The notes under the pieces are model-generated. The model was not told the DNA's origin. It worked only from the letters and a program-made list of their open reading frames with translations, and did not search any database. From contig CAZPUN010000017.1 in NCBI GenBank assembly GCA_964589775.1, positions 1 to 32,000 of the forward strand: a stretch of 32,000 nucleotides of DNA. The letters run 5' to 3'. This DNA comes from an uncultured archaeon. GTDB taxonomy: Archaea; Asgardarchaeota; Thorarchaeia; Thorarchaeales; CAZPUN01. Shown in pieces: positions 16,029 to 25,137 of this stretch (within the stretch, counting starts at the first letter, position 1; every line of letters begins with the position of its first letter). Position numbers and translations under genes: made by a program.

Positions 16029-16727
16029 TTAAAAACACATTTTCTCAAGATCTTTTGCAAATAGAGGCGTATTATGCAAAACATAATTACATACGGATTG
16101 TGTTGTTATTGGCTCCTTAAAGATAGACAATTTACTAATTTTGAATTTTGAAAGATCCGATGAAATATGGCCATGTGAAAAGCCACCAATAATGAAAAAA
16201 AGATTTGTATATTTTGAAGATAATTCATAGAATTTTGAAGGCGATACAAGTGTTCCTTTTGAAGTCATTTCAATCGGATAAAAATTATGAAGGATATAAT
16301 GGTTAACTAATTCGGATAGTGTTTGTCGCTTTACGTAAATTAATGGCTCACCAGAAACAGGCGCCTTTTTGTAATAAAGGACTTGCTCCATAAGTCCAAT
16401 AAAGCGAGCATAATGGCGAGGCAATCTAGTATTCTTTTTAAAATATAATACATCATCGTTAATTGTATGAACAATTACATCAACAAGACCACATTTATAC
16501 AGCAACGAGTCAAATATCGTAAGCAAAGAACGATACACAATATCAGGACGACCTCTACGTTCGGCATCGGGTAATTTCTTGATCGCTTTCCAATGATAAT
16601 TACTATCAAGAATAATTTCTTCAGGTTTCTTTTTTCGTTTTTTTGCATATTTTACAATATCATGTTCGGAAGCTATTGATTTCGGTATTAATTCAAGAGA
16701 CGATTCTGCCAAAATAATTAAGTGCAA
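16029..16727 (-). CDS. nep1: Nep1/Emg1 rRNA pseudouridine N1-methyltransferase (SPOUT)
   Basis: LAESSLELIP, ILDSNYH, RRGRPDIV, RLPRHYARFIGLMEQ, IGGFSHG. Confidence 0.95.
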   Translation of the reverse strand: MHLIILAESSLELIPKSIASEHDIVKYAKKRKKKPEEIILDSNYHWKAIKKLPDAERRGRPDIVYRSLLTIFDSLLYKCGLVDVIVHTINDDVLYFKKNTRLPRHYARFIGLMEQVLYYKKAPVSGEPLIYVKRQTLSELVNHYILHNFYPIEMTSKGTLVSPSKFYELSSKYTNLFFIIGGFSHGHISSDLSKFKISKLSIFKEPITTQSVCNYVLHNTPLFAKDLEKMCF

Positions 16728-16798
16728 TAAATCACCTCAATAACATAATCTAATAAGTGCATTATTTAAGATGAGAATAAAAGTCTAAGGGATTCAAA

Positions 16799-17110
16799 GT
16801 GAAACTGTCAAGACGAGATAGAGAAAAAATAGCTTTCGAACGCATCGAAATACTTATGCAATTGGTACTTAAACATTGGGACAAAAATGAGGATCTATCT
16901 CGTAGATGGATAACACTTGCAAGAAATATTGCGAAGAAAGTTAGAAAACCGTTTCCAAAAAAATACAATCAAATAATTTGTAGAAAATGCAACACTCTGC
17001 TGATTCCAGGAAAAACATGTAGAATCAGAATAAGGAATAATAAGCAAACACATATTACGATAACGTGCTTGAATTGTGGACATATAAAAAGAAAATACAT
17101 AAAGAAATAG
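16799..17110 (+). CDS. rnp4: Ribonuclease P protein component 4 (Rpp21)
   Basis: IAFERIEIL, ICRKCNTLLIPG, ITCLNCGHIKR. Confidence 0.96.
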   Translation: MKLSRRDREKIAFERIEILMQLVLKHWDKNEDLSRRWITLARNIAKKVRKPFPKKYNQIICRKCNTLLIPGKTCRIRIRNNKQTHITITCLNCGHIKRKYIKK

Positions 17111-17185
17111 CAGTCATAGGAAACGTTTTAAACTTCATATTAAATTTTTACAAAAATTTACTTTATGATTTCAAAGGTGCAAAAT

Positions 17186-17446
17186 ATGACAGAGAGAAAG
17201 ACAGAAAAACAAAAAAACATATGGAATTCAAAACCATTGATAAATATTGGAAAATCTGGAATAACAGAGAATTTAATCAAGGAAGCAAAGACTATTCTTA
17301 AAAAGAAAAAGCTGATAAAAGTTCGTATACTCAGATCTGCCTTAGTAAATTCAGATGTACAGACACTTGCTCAAGAATTTGCATCGCAAACAAATAGCAC
17401 ATTAATAGAGACAAGAGGAAATACGTTTATCGTATCAAAAAGATAA
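17186..17446 (+). CDS. YhbY/CRM-domain RNA-binding protein
   Basis: INIGKSGIT, LIKVRIL, RGNT; usual position between rnp4 and rps19e. Confidence 0.9.
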   Translation: MTERKTEKQKNIWNSKPLINIGKSGITENLIKEAKTILKKKKLIKVRILRSALVNSDVQTLAQEFASQTNSTLIETRGNTFIVSKR

Positions 17447-17602
17447 GATGCAAGAATTAATAAGAGTAAACATATTTCGCGTCTCTACCGATAGCATTAA
17501 AAATAGATTTATGCCAACTGTTTAAATGATTGGCAGACTTTATTGAGTTTGAACCATCTAAGTAAAGTAAAAAAAGTAAAATTAATGATGGTGACAATAA
17601 AC

Positions 17603-18028
17603 ATGGTTTCGGTATATGATGTACCAGCAGATGTCCTCATAAAGAGAGTCGCAGAGGAACTAAAACAGAATGACAAGGTCGTGCCACCAGAGTGGGCACC
17701 ATACGTAAAAACAGGTGTTCATAAGGAACGTGCTCCAGACGATCCTGATTGGTGGTATATACGATGTGCATCCATATTAAGAAAATTATATATTGATGCA
17801 CCATTAGGAGTTTCCAGACTTAGAAAGGTATATGGTGGGCGAAAGAGACGTGGCGTAAAGCCAAATGTAAAAGCCAAAGGTAGCGGTTCTATAATAAGAA
17901 AGGCGCTACAGCAACTAGAAAAGGCAGGACTTGTTACTAAACAAAAGAGAGAAGGACGCATACTTACTCCTGAAGGCAGATCATTCTTAGATAGAATATC
18001 TGGAGATATTGCATCCAAATTACAATAA
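17603..18028 (+). CDS. rps19e: 30S ribosomal protein eS19
   Basis: VYDVPAD, PPEWAPYVKTG, WWYIRCASILRK, GSGSIIRKALQQLE; ATG 17603 follows GGTGA. Confidence 0.98.
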   Translation: MVSVYDVPADVLIKRVAEELKQNDKVVPPEWAPYVKTGVHKERAPDDPDWWYIRCASILRKLYIDAPLGVSRLRKVYGGRKRRGVKPNVKAKGSGSIIRKALQQLEKAGLVTKQKREGRILTPEGRSFLDRISGDIASKLQ

Positions 18029-18061
18029 TAAAGCAAGTCTGCCAACAAGAAGGTGATATCC

Positions 18062-18403
18062 GTGAGCGATGAAGAACTTGAAGCAATAAGGCAACGAAAA
18101 TTACAACAGCGCTTACAACAAATGCAACAAAGCGCTGCAGAAGAGCAACAGAAACAAGAAATGGAACGCGCACGGAGAGCACAAATTGACGCTATATTAA
18201 GGCAAATATTAACTCCCGAAGCCCGGAGTCGTCTGGAAGCTTTAAGACTTGTTAAACCACAATTTGCAGAGCAAGTAGAAATCCAGTTGATTCAACTTGC
18301 ACAATCGGGTAGATTAGGTGGAATAATTACCGATAATCAACTAAAAGCTCTGCTGTTACAAGTTCAAAAGAATATTCGTGAGCCAAAAATCAAATTTAGA
18401 TAA
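18062..18403 (+). CDS. PDCD5-like DNA-binding protein
   Basis: DEELEAIRQRKL, LRQILTPEARSRL, VEIQLIQLAQSGR; GTG 18062 follows AGGTGA. Confidence 0.95.
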   Translation: MSDEELEAIRQRKLQQRLQQMQQSAAEEQQKQEMERARRAQIDAILRQILTPEARSRLEALRLVKPQFAEQVEIQLIQLAQSGRLGGIITDNQLKALLLQVQKNIREPKIKFR

Positions 18404-18413
18404 GGTGTCATAG

Positions 18414-18569
18414 ATGGCTAGAAACAAACCTTTAGGTAAAAAACTCCGTCTAGCAAAGGCAGGAAAGGAAAATAAGAGCGTCCCAACTTGGGTTATTATG
18501 AAAACTAATCGAAAGTTCAGACGCCATCCTAAACAAAGGAACTGGCGAAAGACCTCGATAAAGCCATAA
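18414..18569 (+). CDS. rpl39e: 50S ribosomal protein eL39
   Basis: Below the ORF-track size cut-off; translates [51 protein letters not shown]. Confidence 0.97.
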   Translation: MARNKPLGKKLRLAKAGKENKSVPTWVIMKTNRKFRRHPKQRNWRKTSIKP

Positions 18570-18586
18570 TGTGAGGCGATTGAAAA

Positions 18587-18973
18587 ATGATATACGAAGA
18601 AGAAGTAACAGACAACTCTATTGAAACTACAGAAGAGGAACTAGAAGAAGAAACAAAAGAAGTACCTGAACCAGAAGTTACAGAAGAAGCTGAAGAAGAA
18701 GAGGAAGAAGAAGATATTATCTTAGAACGCATATACACAATTCCGCTTAGAAAGGCATATTGGCTAGGTCCAAGATGGAAGAGAGCAAACAAAGCCATAA
18801 AAATCATCAGAGAATTCATTCAGAGACATATGAAACCAGAAACAATCTTGATCAAACCGGAAGTAAATGAAAAAATATGGTCAAGAGGTATAGAAAAGCC
18901 ACCCCGAAGAATACGTATCAAAGCAACCAAACTTGCAGATGGAACAGTAAAGGTCTCATTAGCGGAGGCATAG
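18587..18973 (+). CDS. rpl31e: 50S ribosomal protein eL31 with an acidic N-terminal extension
   Basis: [40 protein letters not shown]. Confidence 0.97.
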   Translation: MIYEEEVTDNSIETTEEELEEETKEVPEPEVTEEAEEEEEEEDIILERIYTIPLRKAYWLGPRWKRANKAIKIIREFIQRHMKPETILIKPEVNEKIWSRGIEKPPRRIRIKATKLADGTVKVSLAEA

Positions 18974-18980
18974 AAGCACA

Positions 18981-19649
18981 TTGCCACTATCTCACTATAA
19001 TTTTGGAGGTGACCCAAACGTTGGTGCATTCGCAAGAGGCACTAACGATTTCCTCATAGTACCTCCAACCCTTCCTGAACAAGATGTTGATAAACTTAAA
19101 GAATTCTTTAAAATTAAGATAATAGAAACGACCATCGCCAAAATTGAGATAGTTGGCATTATGACTGCTGCAAATAAAAATGGAATTCTAGTTCCATATA
19201 CAACAACAGACGATGAAATTAAAATCCTTAAGGAATCAGTCGATGTCCCTGTAGAACGATTGGAAAGTAAAATGACAGCACTAGGTAATTTAATCGCAGT
19301 AAATGACCATGGAGCTTATGTTTCCCCTCGTTTTTCAAAAGAGTGTGTAAAAGTAATTTCAGATGTATTTGATGTAGAGGTTGTCCAAGGAACAATTGCA
19401 TCATTACATATAGTTGGTTCAACAACACTTGTCAATAATTTTGGTGCATTAGTACATCCATTAATCAAAGAACATGAAATGGATGCAATCAATAATGTCC
19501 TAAAGGTTGAATCTGAAAAAGGCACATTGAATAGAGGCATTCCATATGTGGGAATAGGCGCAATTGTAAACGATGAAAATGCAATGATAGGCGAGGACAC
19601 TACAGGTTTAGAAGCAACAACATTAGTTCAAACTTTAGGAATCGAATAA
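18981..19649 (+). CDS. eif6: Translation initiation factor aIF6 (ribosome anti-association factor)
   Basis: PNVGAF, ANKNGILVP, ALGNLIAVND, GALVHP, GTLNRG, TTGLE. Confidence 0.96.
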   Translation: MPLSHYNFGGDPNVGAFARGTNDFLIVPPTLPEQDVDKLKEFFKIKIIETTIAKIEIVGIMTAANKNGILVPYTTTDDEIKILKESVDVPVERLESKMTALGNLIAVNDHGAYVSPRFSKECVKVISDVFDVEVVQGTIASLHIVGSTTLVNNFGALVHPLIKEHEMDAINNVLKVESEKGTLNRGIPYVGIGAIVNDENAMIGEDTTGLEATTLVQTLGIE

Positions 19650-19748
19650 AATTATCATTAAAATGACAAGCCGTTAAAATTAAAAACTTAATTCTTTTTC
19701 ATGTGTATAGATAACTAATATTCTCCCATAATTTAGGAGGCATCTTTT

Positions 19749-20153
19749 ATGAGTAATACGCAAGATACAAAACAGGATATTTTACGTGAATTAGAAATTG
19801 CAGAAGTATCAGCAAATTATCTAAAACAATCATTAGATTTACTTAACACAATGATTGGAGATTTACTTCTAAGTAAGGATACATTAAATGAACTTAAGAC
19901 TAAAAAACCAGGCGATGAAATGTTGGTACCGATTGGTGGCAGCGCATTTATTCGTGCGAAAGTAGAGGATGTTGATTCTACAATAGTAGGAATTGGTTCA
20001 GGAATTTTTCTAGCTCGTAAGATTGATGATGCAATCAATGTAATTGATAGATTGTTGAAAAAATATAATGAGCAAAAAACAAATGTGTCAAATCAATTAG
20101 CACAAATATATACAAGAATTCAGTTACTACAAGCTAAAGTTGCAACAAAATAG
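19749..20153 (+). CDS. pfdA: Prefoldin subunit alpha
   Basis: Coiled coils flanking EMLVPIGGSAFIRA...IVGIGSG hairpins; position before ftsY. Confidence 0.93.
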   Translation: MSNTQDTKQDILRELEIAEVSANYLKQSLDLLNTMIGDLLLSKDTLNELKTKKPGDEMLVPIGGSAFIRAKVEDVDSTIVGIGSGIFLARKIDDAINVIDRLLKKYNEQKTNVSNQLAQIYTRIQLLQAKVATK

Positions 20154-20165
20154 GAGCGCCCCACA

Positions 20166-21077
20166 ATGTTCGATAAATTAAAAGATGGAATATCTAGCGC
20201 TGTTGAGAAAATCACGACCAAAACTCTAACTGATAAAAATATGGATGATGTTTTGTGGGATTTACAAATAGTTTTAATACAAAATGATGTGGCTGTAGAA
20301 GTTGCAGAAGCTATCACGAAAAAAGTGAAAGAAAAATTATTGGGCTACAAAGTAGGTCGTTTTGAAAAGGTTGCCAAAATTGTTAGACAAGCATTATATG
20401 AATCAATTTTGGAAATACTTACTCCTGAAGAACCTATAGATCTTTTAGAAATTATAAAGAAAAATAAAGCTAATGGGAAACCAACTGTAATTTTATTAGT
20501 AGGAATAAATGGAACGGGTAAAACAACTACATTAGCAAAACTTGCTTACAAATTTAAAAAAGAAAAATATAGTGTAGTTATTGCAGCAGGAGATACATTT
20601 AGAGCAGGCAGTATAGAACAATTAGAAAAACACGCTAAAAAATTAGGCGTAAAAATAATCAAACATGAATATGGTTCAGATTCTGCTGCAGTAGCTTATG
20701 ATGCCATAAATCATGCAAATGCAAGGCACATTGATGTTGTTTTAATTGATTCAGCAGGACGTATGCAAGTAAATAAAAACTTAATGGATGAAATGAAAAA
20801 GATTGTAAGAGTTGCTTCGCCAGATATCAAAATTTTTGTTGGAGATGCTTTAGCAGGTAATGATGCACTTTCACAGGCTACAGAATTTAATAATGCAATA
20901 GGAATTGATGGTACTATTTTAACAAAAGTTGATGCAGATCCAAATGGGGGGGCAGCTTTATCTATTACATTTGTTACAAAAAAGCCAATTTTGTATGTAG
21001 GAATTGGTCAAGAATATAAAGATTTAGAAAAATTTGACCCGAAATGGTTTGCAGAAAGAATTACTGGAGTTTCATGA
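20166..21077 (+). CDS. ftsY: Signal recognition particle receptor FtsY
   Basis: GINGTGKTTT, DTFRAG, DSAGR, TKVD, GIGQ. Confidence 0.98.
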   Translation: MFDKLKDGISSAVEKITTKTLTDKNMDDVLWDLQIVLIQNDVAVEVAEAITKKVKEKLLGYKVGRFEKVAKIVRQALYESILEILTPEEPIDLLEIIKKNKANGKPTVILLVGINGTGKTTTLAKLAYKFKKEKYSVVIAAGDTFRAGSIEQLEKHAKKLGVKIIKHEYGSDSAAVAYDAINHANARHIDVVLIDSAGRMQVNKNLMDEMKKIVRVASPDIKIFVGDALAGNDALSQATEFNNAIGIDGTILTKVDADPNGGAALSITFVTKKPILYVGIGQEYKDLEKFDPKWFAERITGVS

Positions 21078-21137
21078 ATGACATGACCAACAATAATAAA
21101 AGGAAAAACCATTAGAGGATTCGTGAAGGTGATAAAA

Positions 21138-22064
21138 ATGAAATTCAAAGGACGAGATTTTCTAACCCTTCAAGACTTTTCTTTTGAAGAACTTAGGTTC
21201 ATGCTAGATACTGCGCATGACTTAAAGAGAAAGAAGAAGTCTGGCGAACCTCATCGCTATTTGGAAGGAAAGAACTTAGCTATGATCTTTCAAAAACCAT
21301 CAACACGTACAAGAGTGTCATTCGAGGTTGCAATGAATGATTTAGGGGGTCATGCACTCTTTCTAAGTTCAAAAGACTTACAATTAGGAAGAGGCGAAAC
21401 AATTTCAGACACCGCAAAAGTTCTTGCACGATATTGTGATGGAATTATGGCACGTGTATTTGACCACAATGATCTTATTCAATTAGCAGAAGGCGCAGAT
21501 ATTCCAGTAATCAATGGTCTATCAGATTTGCTACATCCTGCACAGATATTGGCAGACTTAATGACGATTGAAGAACACAAAGGAAAACTACAAGGACTAA
21601 AATTAACATATGTCGGAGATGGCAATAATGTAGCACATTCCTTATTGATTGGATGCTCAAAAATGGGAATGCACGTCACTATTGGGTGTCCTGAAGGATA
21701 TGAACCAGACCCAAAAATTGTAGAGATGGCAAAGGAAAATGCAAAGAAATGGGGCACAACAATTGAAATTATACATGATCCAGCAAAAGCAGTAGAAAAT
21801 GCAGATGTAATATACACAGATACATGGGTTTCAATGGGTCAAGAAGAAGAACAGGCTCGCAGAGAAAAAGTATTCCCACCATTCCAAGTCAATAATGATT
21901 TATTGAAGCATGCAAAATCAGATGTAATTGTCATGCATTGTCTACCCGCACACAGAGGCCATGAGATTACAGATGAGGTAATGGATGGACCTCACTCAGT
22001 AGTATTTGATGAGGCCGAAAATAGATTACATGCTCAAAAAGCAATCTTATCATTACTATTATAG
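21138..22064 (+). CDS. argF: Ornithine carbamoyltransferase
   Basis: STRT, HPAQ, GDGNN, DTWVSMG, HCLP, EAENR. Confidence 0.96.
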   Translation: MKFKGRDFLTLQDFSFEELRFMLDTAHDLKRKKKSGEPHRYLEGKNLAMIFQKPSTRTRVSFEVAMNDLGGHALFLSSKDLQLGRGETISDTAKVLARYCDGIMARVFDHNDLIQLAEGADIPVINGLSDLLHPAQILADLMTIEEHKGKLQGLKLTYVGDGNNVAHSLLIGCSKMGMHVTIGCPEGYEPDPKIVEMAKENAKKWGTTIEIIHDPAKAVENADVIYTDTWVSMGQEEEQARREKVFPPFQVNNDLLKHAKSDVIVMHCLPAHRGHEITDEVMDGPHSVVFDEAENRLHAQKAILSLLL

Positions 22065-22077
22065 AGGGATTTGTGAA

Positions 22078-22983
22078 ATGCCGCATGAAGTCACCGCAAT
22101 TGGAAATGTAAATATAGATATCATATTAAAAATTGATGAATATCCAGAAATTGATGAAAAGGCTATCGCCAAGATTGGACATGTTTCCTGCGGTGGCTCA
22201 GCGGCAAATTTTTCTATTGCATTATCAAAACAGCAAGTGAAAACTAAGCTAATCGCATGTATTGGCGATGATCCTTTTTCTAAAATTGCTTTGGCAGATC
22301 TCAAGAAATCAGGTGTTAATGTAAAAGATATTATTGTTAAAAAAGGAGAATTAACAGGACAAGTAATTATCGTCACAGATCAGGAACTAAGACAAAGAAT
22401 GTTCGCAAACAAAGGAGCAAATAAGTACTTAAGCCAAATAAGACCCGAACGAGAAGTTCTTTCAAAATCGAAATTGATACATATGACAGGAATTCCCCAA
22501 CAATTAATACAATACATTTCAAGAATATCAAAATCAGATGCGGTGTTATTATCATACGATCCAGGAAGAAGTTCCTCTAGCAAGGATGTCCAAGAAGTGA
22601 TAAAGTATCTTGATTTCTTATTTGTAAATGAACGCGAATTTAGAACATATTTAGGAAAAGAACCAAATGCAGATAACCTTAAAGAAATAGCTAGTAAAAT
22701 ACCGGGAATTATCATATTAAAACAAGGAAGCAAAGGAGCAATAGCTTCAGATGGTATAAAGGTTTACACAGCAAATGCATTCAATGTAAAGGTCGCGGAT
22801 CCTACAGGAGCAGGGGATTCATTTGCAGCCGGATTTATCGCAACATGGTTAAAAACAGATGACTTAGATTTTGCTCTTGTAAATGGAGCTGCAACAGCTG
22901 CTCTAACAATTCAAAAAATAGGCGCACATGAAGGCGCACCTACACCCGAAGAAATTGCGAAATTCATTCAAGAATATATATAA
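22078..22983 (+). CDS. PfkB/ribokinase family carbohydrate or nucleoside kinase
   Basis: GGSAAN, YDPG, VNERE, DPTGAGDSFAAG; ATG at 22078 avoids overlap with argF. Confidence 0.92.
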   Translation: MPHEVTAIGNVNIDIILKIDEYPEIDEKAIAKIGHVSCGGSAANFSIALSKQQVKTKLIACIGDDPFSKIALADLKKSGVNVKDIIVKKGELTGQVIIVTDQELRQRMFANKGANKYLSQIRPEREVLSKSKLIHMTGIPQQLIQYISRISKSDAVLLSYDPGRSSSSKDVQEVIKYLDFLFVNEREFRTYLGKEPNADNLKEIASKIPGIIILKQGSKGAIASDGIKVYTANAFNVKVADPTGAGDSFAAGFIATWLKTDDLDFALVNGAATAALTIQKIGAHEGAPTPEEIAKFIQEYI

Positions 22984-23071
22984 TGTATGTAATACTCAGA
23001 CATTACAATACTTTTTCTTTCATTTAGACTTTGAATATATTAGTTAAAAGAATGTTATAGAGGTTTTGAGA

Positions 23072-24196
23072 ATGGATTCAATTATTGGAGATGTTTTGAA
23101 AAAAGAACAAACAAATGACAGAGTTCCACCATATAGAAGAGTTCCCGGACTAAAGAGTCGTGACGATGAGATCGAAGAAATATTAAAAGCTATTACTGCA
23201 AAAATATTAGTAGTTGGTGTAGGTGGTGCGGGAAACAACGCAATCACAAGATTAATGCAAGTAGGTATTGAAGGCGCAGATACTTTGGCAGTAAATACAG
23301 ATGCTCAAGACTTATACTACACAAATGCAGATTACAAGTTATTAATTGGCAAGAAACTCACAGGAGGATATGGCGCAGGAAATAGACCTGAGGTAGGAGA
23401 AGCTGCTGCCGAAGAAAGCATAGATTTAATTAGAGAAGCCGTACAGGCGGATTTGGTATTTATTACATGCGGATTAGGTGGAGGTACAGGTACAGGCGCA
23501 GCTCCTGTTATCGCAAAAGCAGCAAAGGAAAGTGGAGCTTTAACTATTGCAATTTGTGGATTACCTTTTGAAGTTGAAGGTCAAGTTAAACAAAGAAATG
23601 CTGCTCGAGGATTAGAAAAATTGTTAGAAAATACAGACACATTAATCACAGTACCAAATGAGCGTCTCCTTGAAATAGCGCCTAATTTATCATTGTCAGA
23701 AGCATTTCGAGTTGCAGATGAGGTACTAGTACGTGCAGTAAAAGGAATTGCAGAACTAGTATCTAAGCCAGGTTTGGTTAATCTCGATTTTGCAGATGTA
23801 CGAACTACAATGCGCAATGGCGGAATGTCAATTATCTCAATGGGTGAAGGCGCAGGAGAAAATAGAGTAGAAGAAGCCGTCGCATCAGCGTTACAGAATC
23901 CACTCCTTGACGTAGATATCAGAGGCGCAAGAAATGTATTGATCAATGTTTCAGGAAGCTCGGACTTACAATTACAAGAAGCAAAACGTGTTGTAGAATT
24001 AATTGTAGATGAAGTAAATTCGGATGCAGAAATAATTTGGGGTGCTATAATAGATCCTACACTTGAAGACAAAATACGAGTCACATTGGTTTGTTCAGGA
24101 GTAACATCCCCACACGTATTTGGTGAAACTACAATTAAATCAGAAAATTTTGATTTGGAAGATGATTTAGGCCTTGAAAAAATTAACTTTAGATAA
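23072..24196 (+). CDS. ftsZ: Cell division protein FtsZ (FtsZ1 type)
   Basis: GVGGAGNN, NTD, GLGGGTGTG, NLDFADV T7 loop; N-terminal DDEIEEIL helix; position upstream of secE. Confidence 0.98.
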   Translation: MDSIIGDVLKKEQTNDRVPPYRRVPGLKSRDDEIEEILKAITAKILVVGVGGAGNNAITRLMQVGIEGADTLAVNTDAQDLYYTNADYKLLIGKKLTGGYGAGNRPEVGEAAAEESIDLIREAVQADLVFITCGLGGGTGTGAAPVIAKAAKESGALTIAICGLPFEVEGQVKQRNAARGLEKLLENTDTLITVPNERLLEIAPNLSLSEAFRVADEVLVRAVKGIAELVSKPGLVNLDFADVRTTMRNGGMSIISMGEGAGENRVEEAVASALQNPLLDVDIRGARNVLINVSGSSDLQLQEAKRVVELIVDEVNSDAEIIWGAIIDPTLEDKIRVTLVCSGVTSPHVFGETTIKSENFDLEDDLGLEKINFR

Positions 24197-24200
24197 ATAA

Positions 24201-24219
24201 CTCTCTTTTTTATTTTTTT
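24201..24219 (+). terminator. Oligo-T terminator after ftsZ
   Basis: CTCTCTTTTTTATTTTTTT directly after the stop codon. Confidence 0.5.
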
Positions 24220-24236
24220 AAAACCAGTGCACTACG

Positions 24237-24312
24237 CGAAGGATTTTTATACATTAAAGAATTGACAACCTTAGAAACATTTAGTCATATGCGACTGATC
24301 ATATGGCTAAAT
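24237..24312 (+). promoter_or_regulatory. BRE/TATA promoter and 5'-UTR hairpin of secE-spt5
   Basis: CGAAGGA-TTTTTATA at 24237-51; 13-bp stem ATTTAGTCATATG/CATATGGCTAAAT (24279-91/24300-12) with one U-G pair. Confidence 0.5.
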
Positions 24313-24335
24313 AAGAAATACAGCGGTGAAATGTT

Positions 24336-24512
24336 TTGGGAATGTCAGAATTTCTAAACAATGCACGAAGAATATTAAAATTAGCAAGAAAACCCGCACG
24401 CTCAGAATTTTGGGCTGCAATAAAAATTGGGTTTATCGGACTCGTAATAATGGGTACCTTAGCATACATGATACAATTAATTATGGCAGTAATTACAACA
24501 ACATGGCGATAA
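24336..24512 (+). CDS. secE: Protein translocase subunit SecE / Sec61-gamma
   Basis: Missed by the track, which shows another frame. (MG)MSEFLNNARRILKLARKPARSEFWAAIKIGFIGLVIMGTLAYMIQLIMAVITTTWR; start TTG 24336 or ATG 24342 after GGTGA. Confidence 0.95.
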   Translation: MGMSEFLNNARRILKLARKPARSEFWAAIKIGFIGLVIMGTLAYMIQLIMAVITTTWR

Positions 24513-24535
24513 AAAAATAAGGAAGGCGTAAAACA

Positions 24536-25015
24536 ATGCCCCCTCCAAGAACAAATATTAGCGTTATAAGAACAACAATCGGACAGGAGAAAAACGTAGC
24601 AAATATCATTGCTACCACAGTGAATACGGATAAAATAGCAGGTGTAAAAGCAATACTTGTACCAGAGACATTAAGAGGTTATGTCTTTATCGAGTGCAAC
24701 CAGTATAGAGACGCTGAATTGGCAATTGCAGGAGTCCCACATGTTCGAGGCAGAGTGTCTGGAAAAGCAACATATGAAGAGATCGATAAGTTCCTAGTAC
24801 CTAAACCATCAGTCGAAGGTCTTGCAGAAGGTGATGTAGTAGAAATCATCATGGGAACATTTAAGGGCGAACGCGCAAAGGTTGTCCGAATTGATGTTTC
24901 TAGAGAAGAAATCACATTAGAATTACTAGATTCTCCTCACAAAATACCAATTAAAGTTCATGCAGACCTTGTAAAATTAGTTGAAAAGAGCGAACAAGAA
25001 AAAGTGTTTGATTAA
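24536..25015 (+). CDS. spt5: Transcription elongation factor Spt5 (NusG)
   Basis: RTTIGQEKNV, LRGYVFIE, KOW motif GDVVEIIMGTFKGERAKV. Confidence 0.97.
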   Translation: MPPPRTNISVIRTTIGQEKNVANIIATTVNTDKIAGVKAILVPETLRGYVFIECNQYRDAELAIAGVPHVRGRVSGKATYEEIDKFLVPKPSVEGLAEGDVVEIIMGTFKGERAKVVRIDVSREEITLELLDSPHKIPIKVHADLVKLVEKSEQEKVFD

Positions 25016-25137
25016 TCCGCTGTACAAAAAGTGACCGTTGCAACATAAGGTTTTTAAAGGCACTTTCAATCAGTGTCCTTACTCCTTAATGCAATGGTCA
25101 TCTGTACAAGATACAATGACCGGAGGTAAGAATGTAA

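Noticed and set aside
24326-24520. 64-aa ORF MKCFGNVRISK... from the track
   Set aside because: Wrong frame; the overlapping frame 24336/24342-24512 encodes a clear SecE.
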